A DNA stretch of 64,000 nucleotides from an uncultured Pelagibacteraceae bacterium (GTDB lineage Bacteria > Pseudomonadota > Alphaproteobacteria > Pelagibacterales > AG-422-B15). Under the pieces are notes generated by a model that worked only from the letters and a program-made list of their open reading frames with translations, searched no databases and was not told where the DNA came from. Location: NCBI GenBank assembly GCA_902624455.1, contig CACNXQ010000001.1:160238-224237 (forward strand), read 5' to 3'. Position 1 is the first letter of the stretch. The number at the start of each line of letters is the position of its first letter. Below, piece by piece: positions 45,807 to 54,842 of the stretch. A program made the translations under genes and the position numbers.

Positions 45807-46964
45807 TTACCTCCTGATAGTTCTATAAATTGATATTAACAAAAATAAAAAAGTAAATGAAGTAATTGTATATATAAAGCCCATTGGGCCAAACATATCC
45901 ATAACTCTTCCACCAACAACTGGGCCAGCTAACGAACCGCATTCAAAAACCATAACAAGTATGGCCGTGGCTCCAGCAACTTGTGAAGCGCTATACCTTT
46001 CTCCCAACATTGTGAGGGATATTGCAAACAAACCGCTTGCAGCTCCGCCCCATATAAAACAACTTACTGCCATGACATAGAAATTGTCTAAGTAGAATGA
46101 AAAAATTATTGGACAAATAAAAGTTATAATAACTGCCGAGTTCATGAGGGTACGTTTATTAAATTTATCAAGCATCACTCCAATTATGGGCTGACATATT
46201 ACTCCACCAACTAGAGTGATTGTCACATATTGAAGGGCTATTTCTTGGGCAAATTGGTTTTTGATCATGAAAATTGGGAAAAAAGAAACAAACATTACAT
46301 CATCTAATCCACACAATATTGCTGCTCCAAATATTGTGGGAGCTGCAATGATTGTTGCTAAAACTGGTAAAGTTTTTTTATCTGGAAGTTTGGGATCATC
46401 AATTTCCATGGTGACTAACGGAATAATTGCTGCAAATGAAAGTGCTGAAATTACAACAAAAGGTAACCAACCTTCAATTCCGGTCATGTAGAGAACCATT
46501 GGCCCAAGTGCAAAACCAATTACAAATACAGTATTATATATGGTTACAATTTTTCCACGATTAGTGTCATCTGCCATTGATAACATCCATGTATCAAATG
46601 CATTCCAAGCTAACGCTCCAGCAAAACCAATTATAAACCTAATAATAAACCATGATGTTAAAGTATCAAAAATTGGAAAAGTGAAATAGAGAATTATTGT
46701 AAAAATTTGTGCAATGATTATAGATTTTGCTAAACCAATTTTATGAATAATTATAGGTGTTACTCTTACAAATAATATTACTGCGAGAGGTTGAGCAACA
46801 ACATTTAATCCTATTTCAGTATTACTATAACCTCGTGACTCTAAAATGAGTGAAAGAAGAGGTACAAGGGTTCCCAGCTTTATTCCTATAATTAAAGCGC
46901 ATAAGAATAATACAATATATGTTTTATAGTTATTACCTAAAAATGATTGAACGACACTTGTCAT
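45807..46964 (-). CDS. MFS transporter (YcaD-like)
   Basis: About 12 TM segments, RFIIG, RGK, GP..GG..MD motifs. Confidence 0.85.
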   Translation of the reverse strand: MTSVVQSFLGNNYKTYIVLFLCALIIGIKLGTLVPLLSLILESRGYSNTEIGLNVVAQPLAVILFVRVTPIIIHKIGLAKSIIIAQIFTIILYFTFPIFDTLTSWFIIRFIIGFAGALAWNAFDTWMLSMADDTNRGKIVTIYNTVFVIGFALGPMVLYMTGIEGWLPFVVISALSFAAIIPLVTMEIDDPKLPDKKTLPVLATIIAAPTIFGAAILCGLDDVMFVSFFPIFMIKNQFAQEIALQYVTITLVGGVICQPIIGVMLDKFNKRTLMNSAVIITFICPIIFSFYLDNFYVMAVSCFIWGGAASGLFAISLTMLGERYSASQVAGATAILVMVFECGSLAGPVVGGRVMDMFGPMGFIYTITSFTFLFLLISIYRTIRR

Positions 46965-47605
46965 GAAAATCTTTTTTCATCTACATAAATGCTTTTGAAA
47001 TATTTAAGTACTATGTTTCTACAGAATTGATTAGTATAAATTTTTGGATCAAATAATATTCTTTGCCATAAGCCATCAACCATAGAATGATAAGACTCAC
47101 TTATCTCTTTCGGTGTAAAATTTGTTTGTTTAGTTAGATGATTTAATTCTTTGATCAATTTTTCCATTTGATTTGAATATATTTCATCCTGGTGCTGACA
47201 AATGTTTAAATAAGATGGTCTGAATTTTACTTCACTGTAAAAAGCCATCCATACAGAGATTTTATTTCTGTTAGCAATTTTTTCACTAAAGTCGTTATCT
47301 AATATTCTTAATATGCGATCTATAGGATCTAAATTCTTTTCTTCAAAAATTGACTGCCATGAGCTCTTATATTCATCTGACAAATATTGAAGTGAACTTA
47401 ATAAGAGATTTTCTTTAGATTTAAATTTAAAATTAGCATATCCTTGTGATACCCCAGCCTTTTTTGCAACATGTGCAATTGTTGTATCAGCCAATCCTCT
47501 TGCGGCAATAGTTTCGATGGTTGCATCAATCAATTTCAAATGATTTGATGAGATTTGATCGTTTGCCTCAATAATTTCGTTGTTTTTTTCAGGGGCCGCT
47601 ATCAT
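46961..47605 (-). CDS. TetR-family regulator, BetI-like
   Basis: LIDATIETIAARGLADTTIAHVAKKAGVSQG HTH; C-terminal W.AFY.E...RP.Y and DGLW as in BetI-type regulators; start may be 47605 or 47623. Confidence 0.88.
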   Translation of the reverse strand: MIAAPEKNNEIIEANDQISSNHLKLIDATIETIAARGLADTTIAHVAKKAGVSQGYANFKFKSKENLLLSSLQYLSDEYKSSWQSIFEEKNLDPIDRILRILDNDFSEKIANRNKISVWMAFYSEVKFRPSYLNICQHQDEIYSNQMEKLIKELNHLTKQTNFTPKEISESYHSMVDGLWQRILFDPKIYTNQFCRNIVLKYFKSIYVDEKRFS

Positions 47606-47647
47606 CAAGAAAACAATATACAATCTTTAGCAACAAAGATAGTTTTG

Positions 47648-47677
47648 TATTGAATAATCATTCAATATGGATATCAT
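47648..47677 (+). promoter_or_regulatory. palindromic operator TATTGAAT-N4-ATTCAATA overlapping promoter TTGAAT-N16-TATCAT
   Basis: Perfect 8-bp inverted repeat at 47648-47667 in the divergent TetR/oxidoreductase spacer. Confidence 0.75.
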
Positions 47678-47705
47678 ATGTGTGATTTCAAATATTTATA
47701 GATTT

Positions 47706-49334
47706 ATGGCCAAAAATTCACATGATGTAATTGTAATTGGTGCAGGGCACAATGGACTGACTGCTGCGAGTTATATGGCAAAGGCAGGTTTAGATGTTCT
47801 TGTTCTTGAAAAAAATGAATGGATCGGTGGAGCAGCTGTGAGTAGAGAGCTATTTCCAGGCTGGAAGTATTCTAATTGTTCATATGTTTGTAGTCTTTTA
47901 AGACCAGAGATTATGAGAGACCTAGAGTTGTACAAATATGGACTCCAAGTTATTCCATACGAGGGTAGTGCAACTATGATGCGAAATGGCGATTATTACG
48001 CTCATTATCATGATCATGATATGACAATCAAATCTATCAGACGACATTCACTTAAAGATGCGGAGGCTTATGAAAGATATAGCCGGGATGTACTTAGACA
48101 ATGTAAAATCATTAAACCATTACTAAAGATGACACCTCCAGATTTAACATCGTTTAAACCGAAAGATATTTTTGGGGCACTCGAGTTTGCAAAATATTTT
48201 GCCGCTAAAGATGAGCTCGGAGGATTAGGTGAGAAAGAAATTTACGATACGATACGTTTTTACACAATGAGTATTAGAGACTATTTAGATGAATATTTTG
48301 AAAGCGATATTACTAAAGCCCATTTAGCTGGAAGTGCAATAATTGGAACTGCACTAGGACCTTGCTCACCAGGATCAGCGTATGTTTTACTGCACCATTA
48401 TATGGGAGAAGTTGATGGATCTGTAGGTTCATGGGGTTATTCAAGAGGTGGCATGGGATCAATTACTAAAGCAATGACAGGTTGTCTTAAAGCTCATGGT
48501 GGTGATGTTAAGCCAAATAATCAAGTAGCAAATGTAATTGTCAAGAATGGTAAAGCAATTGGAGTTGCAACAACCAATGGTGATGAATATTATGCAAAGA
48601 AAATTGTTTCCAATTTAGATGTAAAAAGAACCTTCCTCACAATTACAGAGGAAAAATCTCTTCCATCAGATTTTGTTCAAAAAGTAAAAAATTTTAAAAT
48701 TAGAGGTTCCTCAGGCAAACTAAATATTGCACTAGATGGATTGCCTGATTTCCCATGTATACCTGAAGGAGATCCGGGTGGGGGTGGAGATATGCATTTC
48801 ACTGAAAGCATCGAGGAAATGGAAGGTGCTTATGATGATTGGAAGAGAGGGGAATGGTCAAAAAATCCATATGTTGATATGTGTATACCGTCAAAAAGTG
48901 ATCCTACTATGGCCTCTCCTGGTAAGCATTATATGTCAGTGTTTATTCAATACGTACCGTTCAATTTAGCAAATGGAGGTTGGAATGAAGAACGAAAGCA
49001 AGCATTTGGTAAACATATAATTGAATGTATTTCTGCATTTTCACCGAACTTTAAAGATCTGATAAATCACTATGAAGTAAGGACACCGCTAGACTTACAT
49101 AATGAAGTTGGGCTTACCGAAGGTAATATATTTCAAGGCGAATTGACCATGGACCAACTCATGTTTAATAGACCTGTAACCGGATATGCCCAGTACAGAA
49201 CGCCTCTAAAAAATATGTACATGTGCAGTTCTTCAACACACCCTGGAGGTGGAGTAATGGGAGCGCCTGGCGCAAATGCTGCACGAGAACTACTTTTAGA
49301 TATGAATATACCTCAAAAAGGCAACTATTATTAA
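47706..49334 (+). CDS. PYROXD2 / phytoene-dehydrogenase-like FAD oxidoreductase A
   Basis: VIGAGHNGL, GGAAVS.E..PG, SYVCSLLRPEI, AYVLLHHYMG, GGMG, GNIFQG, THPGGGVMGAPG; start MAKNSH at 47706. Confidence 0.85.
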   Translation: MAKNSHDVIVIGAGHNGLTAASYMAKAGLDVLVLEKNEWIGGAAVSRELFPGWKYSNCSYVCSLLRPEIMRDLELYKYGLQVIPYEGSATMMRNGDYYAHYHDHDMTIKSIRRHSLKDAEAYERYSRDVLRQCKIIKPLLKMTPPDLTSFKPKDIFGALEFAKYFAAKDELGGLGEKEIYDTIRFYTMSIRDYLDEYFESDITKAHLAGSAIIGTALGPCSPGSAYVLLHHYMGEVDGSVGSWGYSRGGMGSITKAMTGCLKAHGGDVKPNNQVANVIVKNGKAIGVATTNGDEYYAKKIVSNLDVKRTFLTITEEKSLPSDFVQKVKNFKIRGSSGKLNIALDGLPDFPCIPEGDPGGGGDMHFTESIEEMEGAYDDWKRGEWSKNPYVDMCIPSKSDPTMASPGKHYMSVFIQYVPFNLANGGWNEERKQAFGKHIIECISAFSPNFKDLINHYEVRTPLDLHNEVGLTEGNIFQGELTMDQLMFNRPVTGYAQYRTPLKNMYMCSSSTHPGGGVMGAPGANAARELLLDMNIPQKGNYY

Positions 49335-50851
49335 TGAGTCAGTCAGATTATGATGTCATTGTAATTGGCGGTGGCCATAACGGTCTTGTTTGCGCAAATA
49401 TTCTAGCAAAAAAAAATAAAAAAGTAATCATAGTCGAAGCAAGAAGCACCTGTGGAGGACTTTTAGATGATCAGATTATTAATTGTGTTCCAAACTTTAG
49501 TACTGAAGTTGTAAACGCATTAGGTGGTCTATCTGTTAAATATAAACCCAAGAGTACCATTGCATTATCCGAAACTGGCCAACACATAAGACTGACCGGA
49601 AACCAACATATTGATCACAGATCAATTGCAACTTTTTCTGAGTCAGATGCAGATAGGTACGTTGAATTTCATAATAAGATGTCATTATTTTCAAAAACAC
49701 TTGGATCATTCATGATGTCATCCCCACCACGTGTCATGAATCATAATTATTCTGACTATTTTAAACTTTTTAAACTCGGTATGAATGTGAGGTTTTTGGG
49801 AAAAAAGAATTTCAATGAATTTGCTAGAATGATCGGACTCAATATTGCAGATGAACTAGAGGATAATTTTGAAAACACATTACTTCAGGGGTTAATAGCT
49901 CATGACTCTATAATTGGTTCTAATCTAGGTCCTAGGTCCCCTGGAACAGTTATTAATTTAATGTATCGTATGGCAAATCATGACAATTCAATTTTTGGTG
50001 GTAATTACGAAATTGAAGGCGGATGCAATCAGCTAACTGATGCATTAGTTTCACTTGCTGAGAAAAATAAAATTAAAATTATTACTTCTGCTAAGGTTAG
50101 CAAGTGCATCATACAAGATGATAGAGCAATAGGCGTAGAGTTAGAAGATGGAAAACAGATTTACGGCAAATCTGTAGTATCTAATGCAGACCCTAAATCT
50201 ACATATTTTAATCTCTTAGGGTCTGAAAACTTAGATACTGATGTAAAGAGAAGAGTTAAACACTATCGTTCAAAAGGCCGCGTAGCAAAACTTATATTAG
50301 ATTTAAATAGTATACCCTCATTTAATAACTGTGATGAAAGCGACCTTGAAAGCCGAATGATAATTGCGCCGTCAATTGATTATATAGAGGAAAATTACAA
50401 TAGAAGTAAGTTTGATAAACTCTCTGACGAACCTATCATTGAATTATCACTTCAAGAAAATTCAGAAGGCATGAAACGACTAAATGTACAAGTTCAATAC
50501 GCATCATATAAAGTTCAGCATGGCTGGGATGAAGCTAAAGACCAATGTATAAATTCTGTCATTAAACTCATTAAGAAATACTCACCTGAGATTGAAAAAT
50601 CTATTGAGGGCAAAAAATTCATTTCACCTGATGATGTAGAAATAGATTATAATGTTTCTGGCGGCCACTGGCATCATGGAGAAATTCAAATCGACCAGCT
50701 ATTTATGTTAAGACCCATTCCTGGTGCATCCCAATATAAAACACATCTCGATGGACTTTATATGTGTGGTGCTGGTTCACATCCCGGAGGCGGACTGTCA
50801 GGCATTCCAGGAAAAAATGCAGCTCAGGAAATATTAAAAGGTACAAATTAA
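49334..50851 (+). CDS. PYROXD2 / phytoene-dehydrogenase-like FAD oxidoreductase B (divergent paralog)
   Basis: VIGGGHNGL, SNADP, GGHWHHGE, GAGSHPGGG; ATG overlaps the paralog A stop (TAATG). Confidence 0.85.
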   Translation: MSQSDYDVIVIGGGHNGLVCANILAKKNKKVIIVEARSTCGGLLDDQIINCVPNFSTEVVNALGGLSVKYKPKSTIALSETGQHIRLTGNQHIDHRSIATFSESDADRYVEFHNKMSLFSKTLGSFMMSSPPRVMNHNYSDYFKLFKLGMNVRFLGKKNFNEFARMIGLNIADELEDNFENTLLQGLIAHDSIIGSNLGPRSPGTVINLMYRMANHDNSIFGGNYEIEGGCNQLTDALVSLAEKNKIKIITSAKVSKCIIQDDRAIGVELEDGKQIYGKSVVSNADPKSTYFNLLGSENLDTDVKRRVKHYRSKGRVAKLILDLNSIPSFNNCDESDLESRMIIAPSIDYIEENYNRSKFDKLSDEPIIELSLQENSEGMKRLNVQVQYASYKVQHGWDEAKDQCINSVIKLIKKYSPEIEKSIEGKKFISPDDVEIDYNVSGGHWHHGEIQIDQLFMLRPIPGASQYKTHLDGLYMCGAGSHPGGGLSGIPGKNAAQEILKGTN

Positions 50852-52050
50852 TGTCAAAAGACAATCGGTTTATAGCACTTAAAAAGACCCCATTTCACTC
50901 ACGAACTAGTTTAGCTTCAAGAACAAACAAATGGTACAATTGGAATGGATACACCGTACCAACTGAATACTCAACAACCGAACTTGAATACACAGCAGCT
51001 CGTAATGGTACTTCAGTAATGGATCTTACTCCAATGTGTAAATACGAGATAAAGGGAAGCGATGCTCATAAATATATAGATTATCTTGTAACGCGCGACT
51101 TGTCTGAAATGAATGATAATACGGTTGCATATATCATTTGGTGCAATGAAGACGGAAAGGTAATAGATGATGGCACGATCTTTAAACATTCATCTGAACA
51201 CTTCATGCTTTGTTGTGCAGTTAAAATTCTAAATTGGCTTAACGACTCAGCTATTGGATTTGATGTAACTATAAAAGATGTTACTGACACCATCGCTGCA
51301 TTATCAATACAAGGACCTACTTCTTGTTCTACTTTAAAAAACTTTGGAGCAGACTCACTTGAAAATATGAAACCTTTCGAAATGAAAGAATATAATATAA
51401 ATGGATACAATGTCTTAATATCAAGAACAGGTTTTACTGGCGATCTTGGTTATGAACTTTGGACTGATCCTCAAAATGCTGAAACGATGTGGGACTCTGT
51501 AATGGAAGCAGGAAGTCTTCTAAAAATAAGACCATTTGGAATGAATGCTTTGGAGATGACTAGGATAGAAGCAGGATTTATTCAAACTAACACTGATTTT
51601 GTTGCCGCAGAGGATGCATTAAGACCTGTAAGAATGAGATCGCCCTATGAGATTGGAATGGGTTGGCTTGTTCATTTAAACAAAAAAAATTATTTTGTTG
51701 GAAAAAATGCATTAAAAAAAGAGAAGCAATCAGGAACTACTGAAAGATGTTTAGTTGGACTTGATATTGACGGCGATAAACCAGCACACGGTTCAGTTAT
51801 TTATAATGAAAAAAAAGAGGATATAGGTATTGTTACTGCAGCACTATGGTCACCAACACTGAAAAAAAATATTGCTCTAGCATCTCTCAAAAGACCTTAC
51901 GGCATTAAGATAAAAGACAATATTTTCGCTGAAATTTATCATCCTGAAGAAATTGAGTATCGAAAGATCTGGGCAAGATGTAAAATTGTTAAACGTCAGT
52001 TTTATTCACCAGAAAGAAGAAACAATGTGCCTGCTGACCTTTACGAGTAA
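50851..52050 (+). CDS. GcvT-like folate-binding aminomethyltransferase family protein
   Basis: TPFH, EY.A.R, DLTPM, GKVIDDG, IQGP, SRTGFTGDLGYE, RIEAG; start MSKDNR at 50851 overlaps upstream stop. Confidence 0.9.
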   Translation: MSKDNRFIALKKTPFHSRTSLASRTNKWYNWNGYTVPTEYSTTELEYTAARNGTSVMDLTPMCKYEIKGSDAHKYIDYLVTRDLSEMNDNTVAYIIWCNEDGKVIDDGTIFKHSSEHFMLCCAVKILNWLNDSAIGFDVTIKDVTDTIAALSIQGPTSCSTLKNFGADSLENMKPFEMKEYNINGYNVLISRTGFTGDLGYELWTDPQNAETMWDSVMEAGSLLKIRPFGMNALEMTRIEAGFIQTNTDFVAAEDALRPVRMRSPYEIGMGWLVHLNKKNYFVGKNALKKEKQSGTTERCLVGLDIDGDKPAHGSVIYNEKKEDIGIVTAALWSPTLKKNIALASLKRPYGIKIKDNIFAEIYHPEEIEYRKIWARCKIVKRQFYSPERRNNVPADLYE

Positions 52051-52080
52051 GTTTCCTTTAAAATACAACAAAAGTTCGTC

Positions 52081-52110
52081 ATTGAACGCTCATTCAATTT
52101 AATATATAAT
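52081..52110 (+). promoter_or_regulatory. second operator ATTGAA-N6-TTCAAT overlapping promoter TTGAAC-N17-TATAAT
   Basis: ATTGAACGCTCATTCAAT at 52081-52098; TATAAT at 52105-52110; ATG at 52116. Confidence 0.75.
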
Positions 52111-52115
52111 AGGGT

Positions 52116-53519
52116 ATGCCAAAATCTCAAACCAGCAAGCCATTAGATAATCTCAAAAATAGTTTAGATGATAGAATTCTCTATCCCTGGCAGTATTTAG
52201 AATATCTAGGCGAAGATGACAGAACATTCATTGAAAAATCTGAAGGAATTTATCTATTTGATAAGACGGGTCGAAAACTTATTGATGGACCTGGAGGAAT
52301 GTGGAATGTAAATGTTGGCCATGGTGTAAAAGAAATTGCTGATGCTGTGTATGCTCAAATAAGAAGTATGCCATATGCCAGTCCTTTTACAGAATCAACA
52401 GAAATTGCTTACAATTATGCATCTCGTTTAGTTAAGTATGCGCCGGGTGATTTAAAAAGAGTTTTTTTTACTTCTGGAGGATCTGCAGCAGTAGACTCTG
52501 CCTTAAGATTTGTAATGTTCTATAACAATGTTAGAGGATTAAGAGACAAGAAACAGATTATATCAAGGCATGATGCCTACCACGGAAGCACATATCTTGG
52601 GGCATCATGCTCAGGAAAAGAGCGAGATAAAAATAATTTTGACTTTGCTAATGACATTGTTCACCATTTGTCATCACCGAATCCATTTCGTAAGCCAGAT
52701 GATATGAGCGATGAAGATTTTTGTGACTTAAAAGTCAAAGAACTTGAAGATAAAATTATTGAGTTAGGTCCAGAAAAAGTTGCTGCATTTATTGCTGAAC
52801 CAATACTCGCATCAGGTGGGGTAATTGTTCCACCTAAAGGTTATCAGAAAAAGACGTTAGAAGTCTGTAGAAAATATGATGTCATCTATATTTCAGATGA
52901 AATAGTTACAGGTTTTGGGAGATTGGGACATATATTTGCTTCAGAAAACTACTTCGATATCCAACCGGACATTATTCTTTTAGCTAAAGGAATTACCTCA
53001 GGTTACGTGCCATGTGGTGCCGTTGTAATTTCAGAGCGACTAATGTCACAATTAGATCATAAGGAAAAAGTTATCTTTTCAAATGGCTTCACTGACTCAG
53101 GTCACCCAGTTAGTATGGCAGCTGCTACAGCTACACTTGATTATATCGAAAAAACAAACTTACTTGATCATGTGAAAGAAGTAGGCCCTTATCTACAGAG
53201 TAGACTTCAAGAATTAACTGACTTACCAATTGTTGGCGAAGTACGTGGTGAAGGTTTAATGGCTGCTGTTGAATGTGTAATCAGTAAAGAAAAAAAGGAT
53301 CCGTTGAATCTTCAATATGAGATTGCTTCAAGAATTAATTCCCATTGTCAAAACTTAGGACTGATTGTTAGACCTCTCTTTAATACATGCGTGATGTCAC
53401 CGTCATTAATAATTACTAAGGATCAAATTGACGATTTAGTGAGTATTCTTAGAAAAGGTATCGAGCTAGCTACAAAAGATATAAAAGAAGAAGGTCTGTG
53501 GTCTGCTGAAGCGAATTAA
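52116..53519 (+). CDS. class III PLP aminotransferase (omega-amine/putrescine:pyruvate type)
   Basis: DGPGGMWNVNVGHG, SGGS, YHGST, AFIAEPI, DEIVTGFGRLG, AKGITSGY. Confidence 0.9.
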   Translation: MPKSQTSKPLDNLKNSLDDRILYPWQYLEYLGEDDRTFIEKSEGIYLFDKTGRKLIDGPGGMWNVNVGHGVKEIADAVYAQIRSMPYASPFTESTEIAYNYASRLVKYAPGDLKRVFFTSGGSAAVDSALRFVMFYNNVRGLRDKKQIISRHDAYHGSTYLGASCSGKERDKNNFDFANDIVHHLSSPNPFRKPDDMSDEDFCDLKVKELEDKIIELGPEKVAAFIAEPILASGGVIVPPKGYQKKTLEVCRKYDVIYISDEIVTGFGRLGHIFASENYFDIQPDIILLAKGITSGYVPCGAVVISERLMSQLDHKEKVIFSNGFTDSGHPVSMAAATATLDYIEKTNLLDHVKEVGPYLQSRLQELTDLPIVGEVRGEGLMAAVECVISKEKKDPLNLQYEIASRINSHCQNLGLIVRPLFNTCVMSPSLIITKDQIDDLVSILRKGIELATKDIKEEGLWSAEAN

Positions 53520-54764
53520 ATGATTGAATTCCAACAGCTTTTAGAAAATTACCAAGAAGGTAAAGCACTTCCACAACAATTTTACACAAACGAAAAAATT
53601 TTTTCAGAAGAGATGAAAAGAATTTATTTCAAACAATGGTTAATGGTTGATCATGTATCAAGAATACCTAACCCTGGTGATTACTTTGTTTTTGAAGCTG
53701 AAAAAGAGTCCATAATTATCATTAGAGGAAGAGATGAAAAAATACGTGCATTTTATAATGTATGTACTCATCGTGGATCAAGGATATGTCTTGAAGAAGA
53801 AGGCACAAAAAAATTACTTGTATGCCCTTATCATGCATGGAGCTTTTCAGCTGAAGGAGATCTAAAGGCAGCAAGATATATGCCTGAGGATTTCAAAAAA
53901 GAGGAATGGGGTCTAAAAAAATGTCACCTAAAGATACACGAGGGATTGATATTTATTAATCTCTCTCTTGAGGAACCAATGGACTTCGACGAATTCATTG
54001 GTCCACTAAAGGAAATGCTTGAATTTCACCAAACAAGTAAAGCTCGAATTGCAACTAGAAAAAAATATCCAACGGAAGCAAATTTCAAACTAGTTCTTGA
54101 AAACTTTCAAGAGTGTTATCATTGTGGCCCTGCTCATCCTGAGCTTTGTTCAATTCATGAAAAAGACTGGGTTTATACAATGGGAGCTGGCGTAAATACA
54201 GCACCTGAAAAAGATACAAAAGAATACTTGGACAAAATACAGCCTTGGATTGAGGAATGTAAGAGTAAGGGCGTACCATCTGATACATACCTTGAATCTG
54301 AAGATGGTCTAAGAAAAGGTTTAAATCGTTATGTTGACAGAACTCCGATTGGAAATGGTCACTTGTCACAAACTAAAGATGGTAAACCGGCATCATCATT
54401 AATGGGTAAATTTAGTGAATTTGACGGGGGTCTCACACAAGTAAGTTTTAATCCTTTTGGATGTTGTTATTTAACAAATGATTTTGTCGTAATGTTTATT
54501 TTTAAACCAGTATCAATTGATTATTCAGAAGTTGAACTGGTTTGGCTAGTTGGTGATCAAGCTGAAGAAGGTAAGGACTATCAATCTGACGATGTTAGTT
54601 ACATGTGGGATGTAACAACACAAGCAGACACAACTATAATTGAAAATAACCAAAAAGGTGTTTATTCACGAGCATTTGCTCCTGGAATATTATCTGAAAA
54701 CGAGTCTGCAGTTACATATTTTTATGATTGGTATTTTACCAACATGAAAATGGGATCAAACTAA
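53520..54764 (+). CDS. Rieske non-heme iron oxygenase alpha subunit (GbcA/Stc2-like quaternary-amine demethylase group)
   Basis: NVCTHRG...CPYHAW Rieske ligands, ENFQECYHC..AH, WDVTTQAD..IIENNQKG. Confidence 0.9.
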   Translation: MIEFQQLLENYQEGKALPQQFYTNEKIFSEEMKRIYFKQWLMVDHVSRIPNPGDYFVFEAEKESIIIIRGRDEKIRAFYNVCTHRGSRICLEEEGTKKLLVCPYHAWSFSAEGDLKAARYMPEDFKKEEWGLKKCHLKIHEGLIFINLSLEEPMDFDEFIGPLKEMLEFHQTSKARIATRKKYPTEANFKLVLENFQECYHCGPAHPELCSIHEKDWVYTMGAGVNTAPEKDTKEYLDKIQPWIEECKSKGVPSDTYLESEDGLRKGLNRYVDRTPIGNGHLSQTKDGKPASSLMGKFSEFDGGLTQVSFNPFGCCYLTNDFVVMFIFKPVSIDYSEVELVWLVGDQAEEGKDYQSDDVSYMWDVTTQADTTIIENNQKGVYSRAFAPGILSENESAVTYFYDWYFTNMKMGSN

Positions 54765-54842
54765 AATCTCTACGCCGTTTCTATTTATTAGAATTAATGC
54801 TTGAAATATAAAGCCTTATAATGCTTAATATTTCCTGATAAT

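Noticed and set aside
49223-49333. N-terminal extensions in the ORF track (also 50764, 47667, 4517, 3218, 1351, 45385)
   Set aside because: They overlap the upstream genes or promoters; downstream ATGs at stop/start junctions match the family N-termini
47706-50851. Carotenoid biosynthesis (crtI) call
   Set aside because: No crtB, crtE, crtY or rhodopsin genes nearby; motifs are PYROXD2-like and the context is amine catabolism
50851-52050. Glycine cleavage gcvT or DMSP demethylase dmdA
   Set aside because: No gcvH/gcvP adjacent and no diagnostic evidence for DmdA; only the family can be supported
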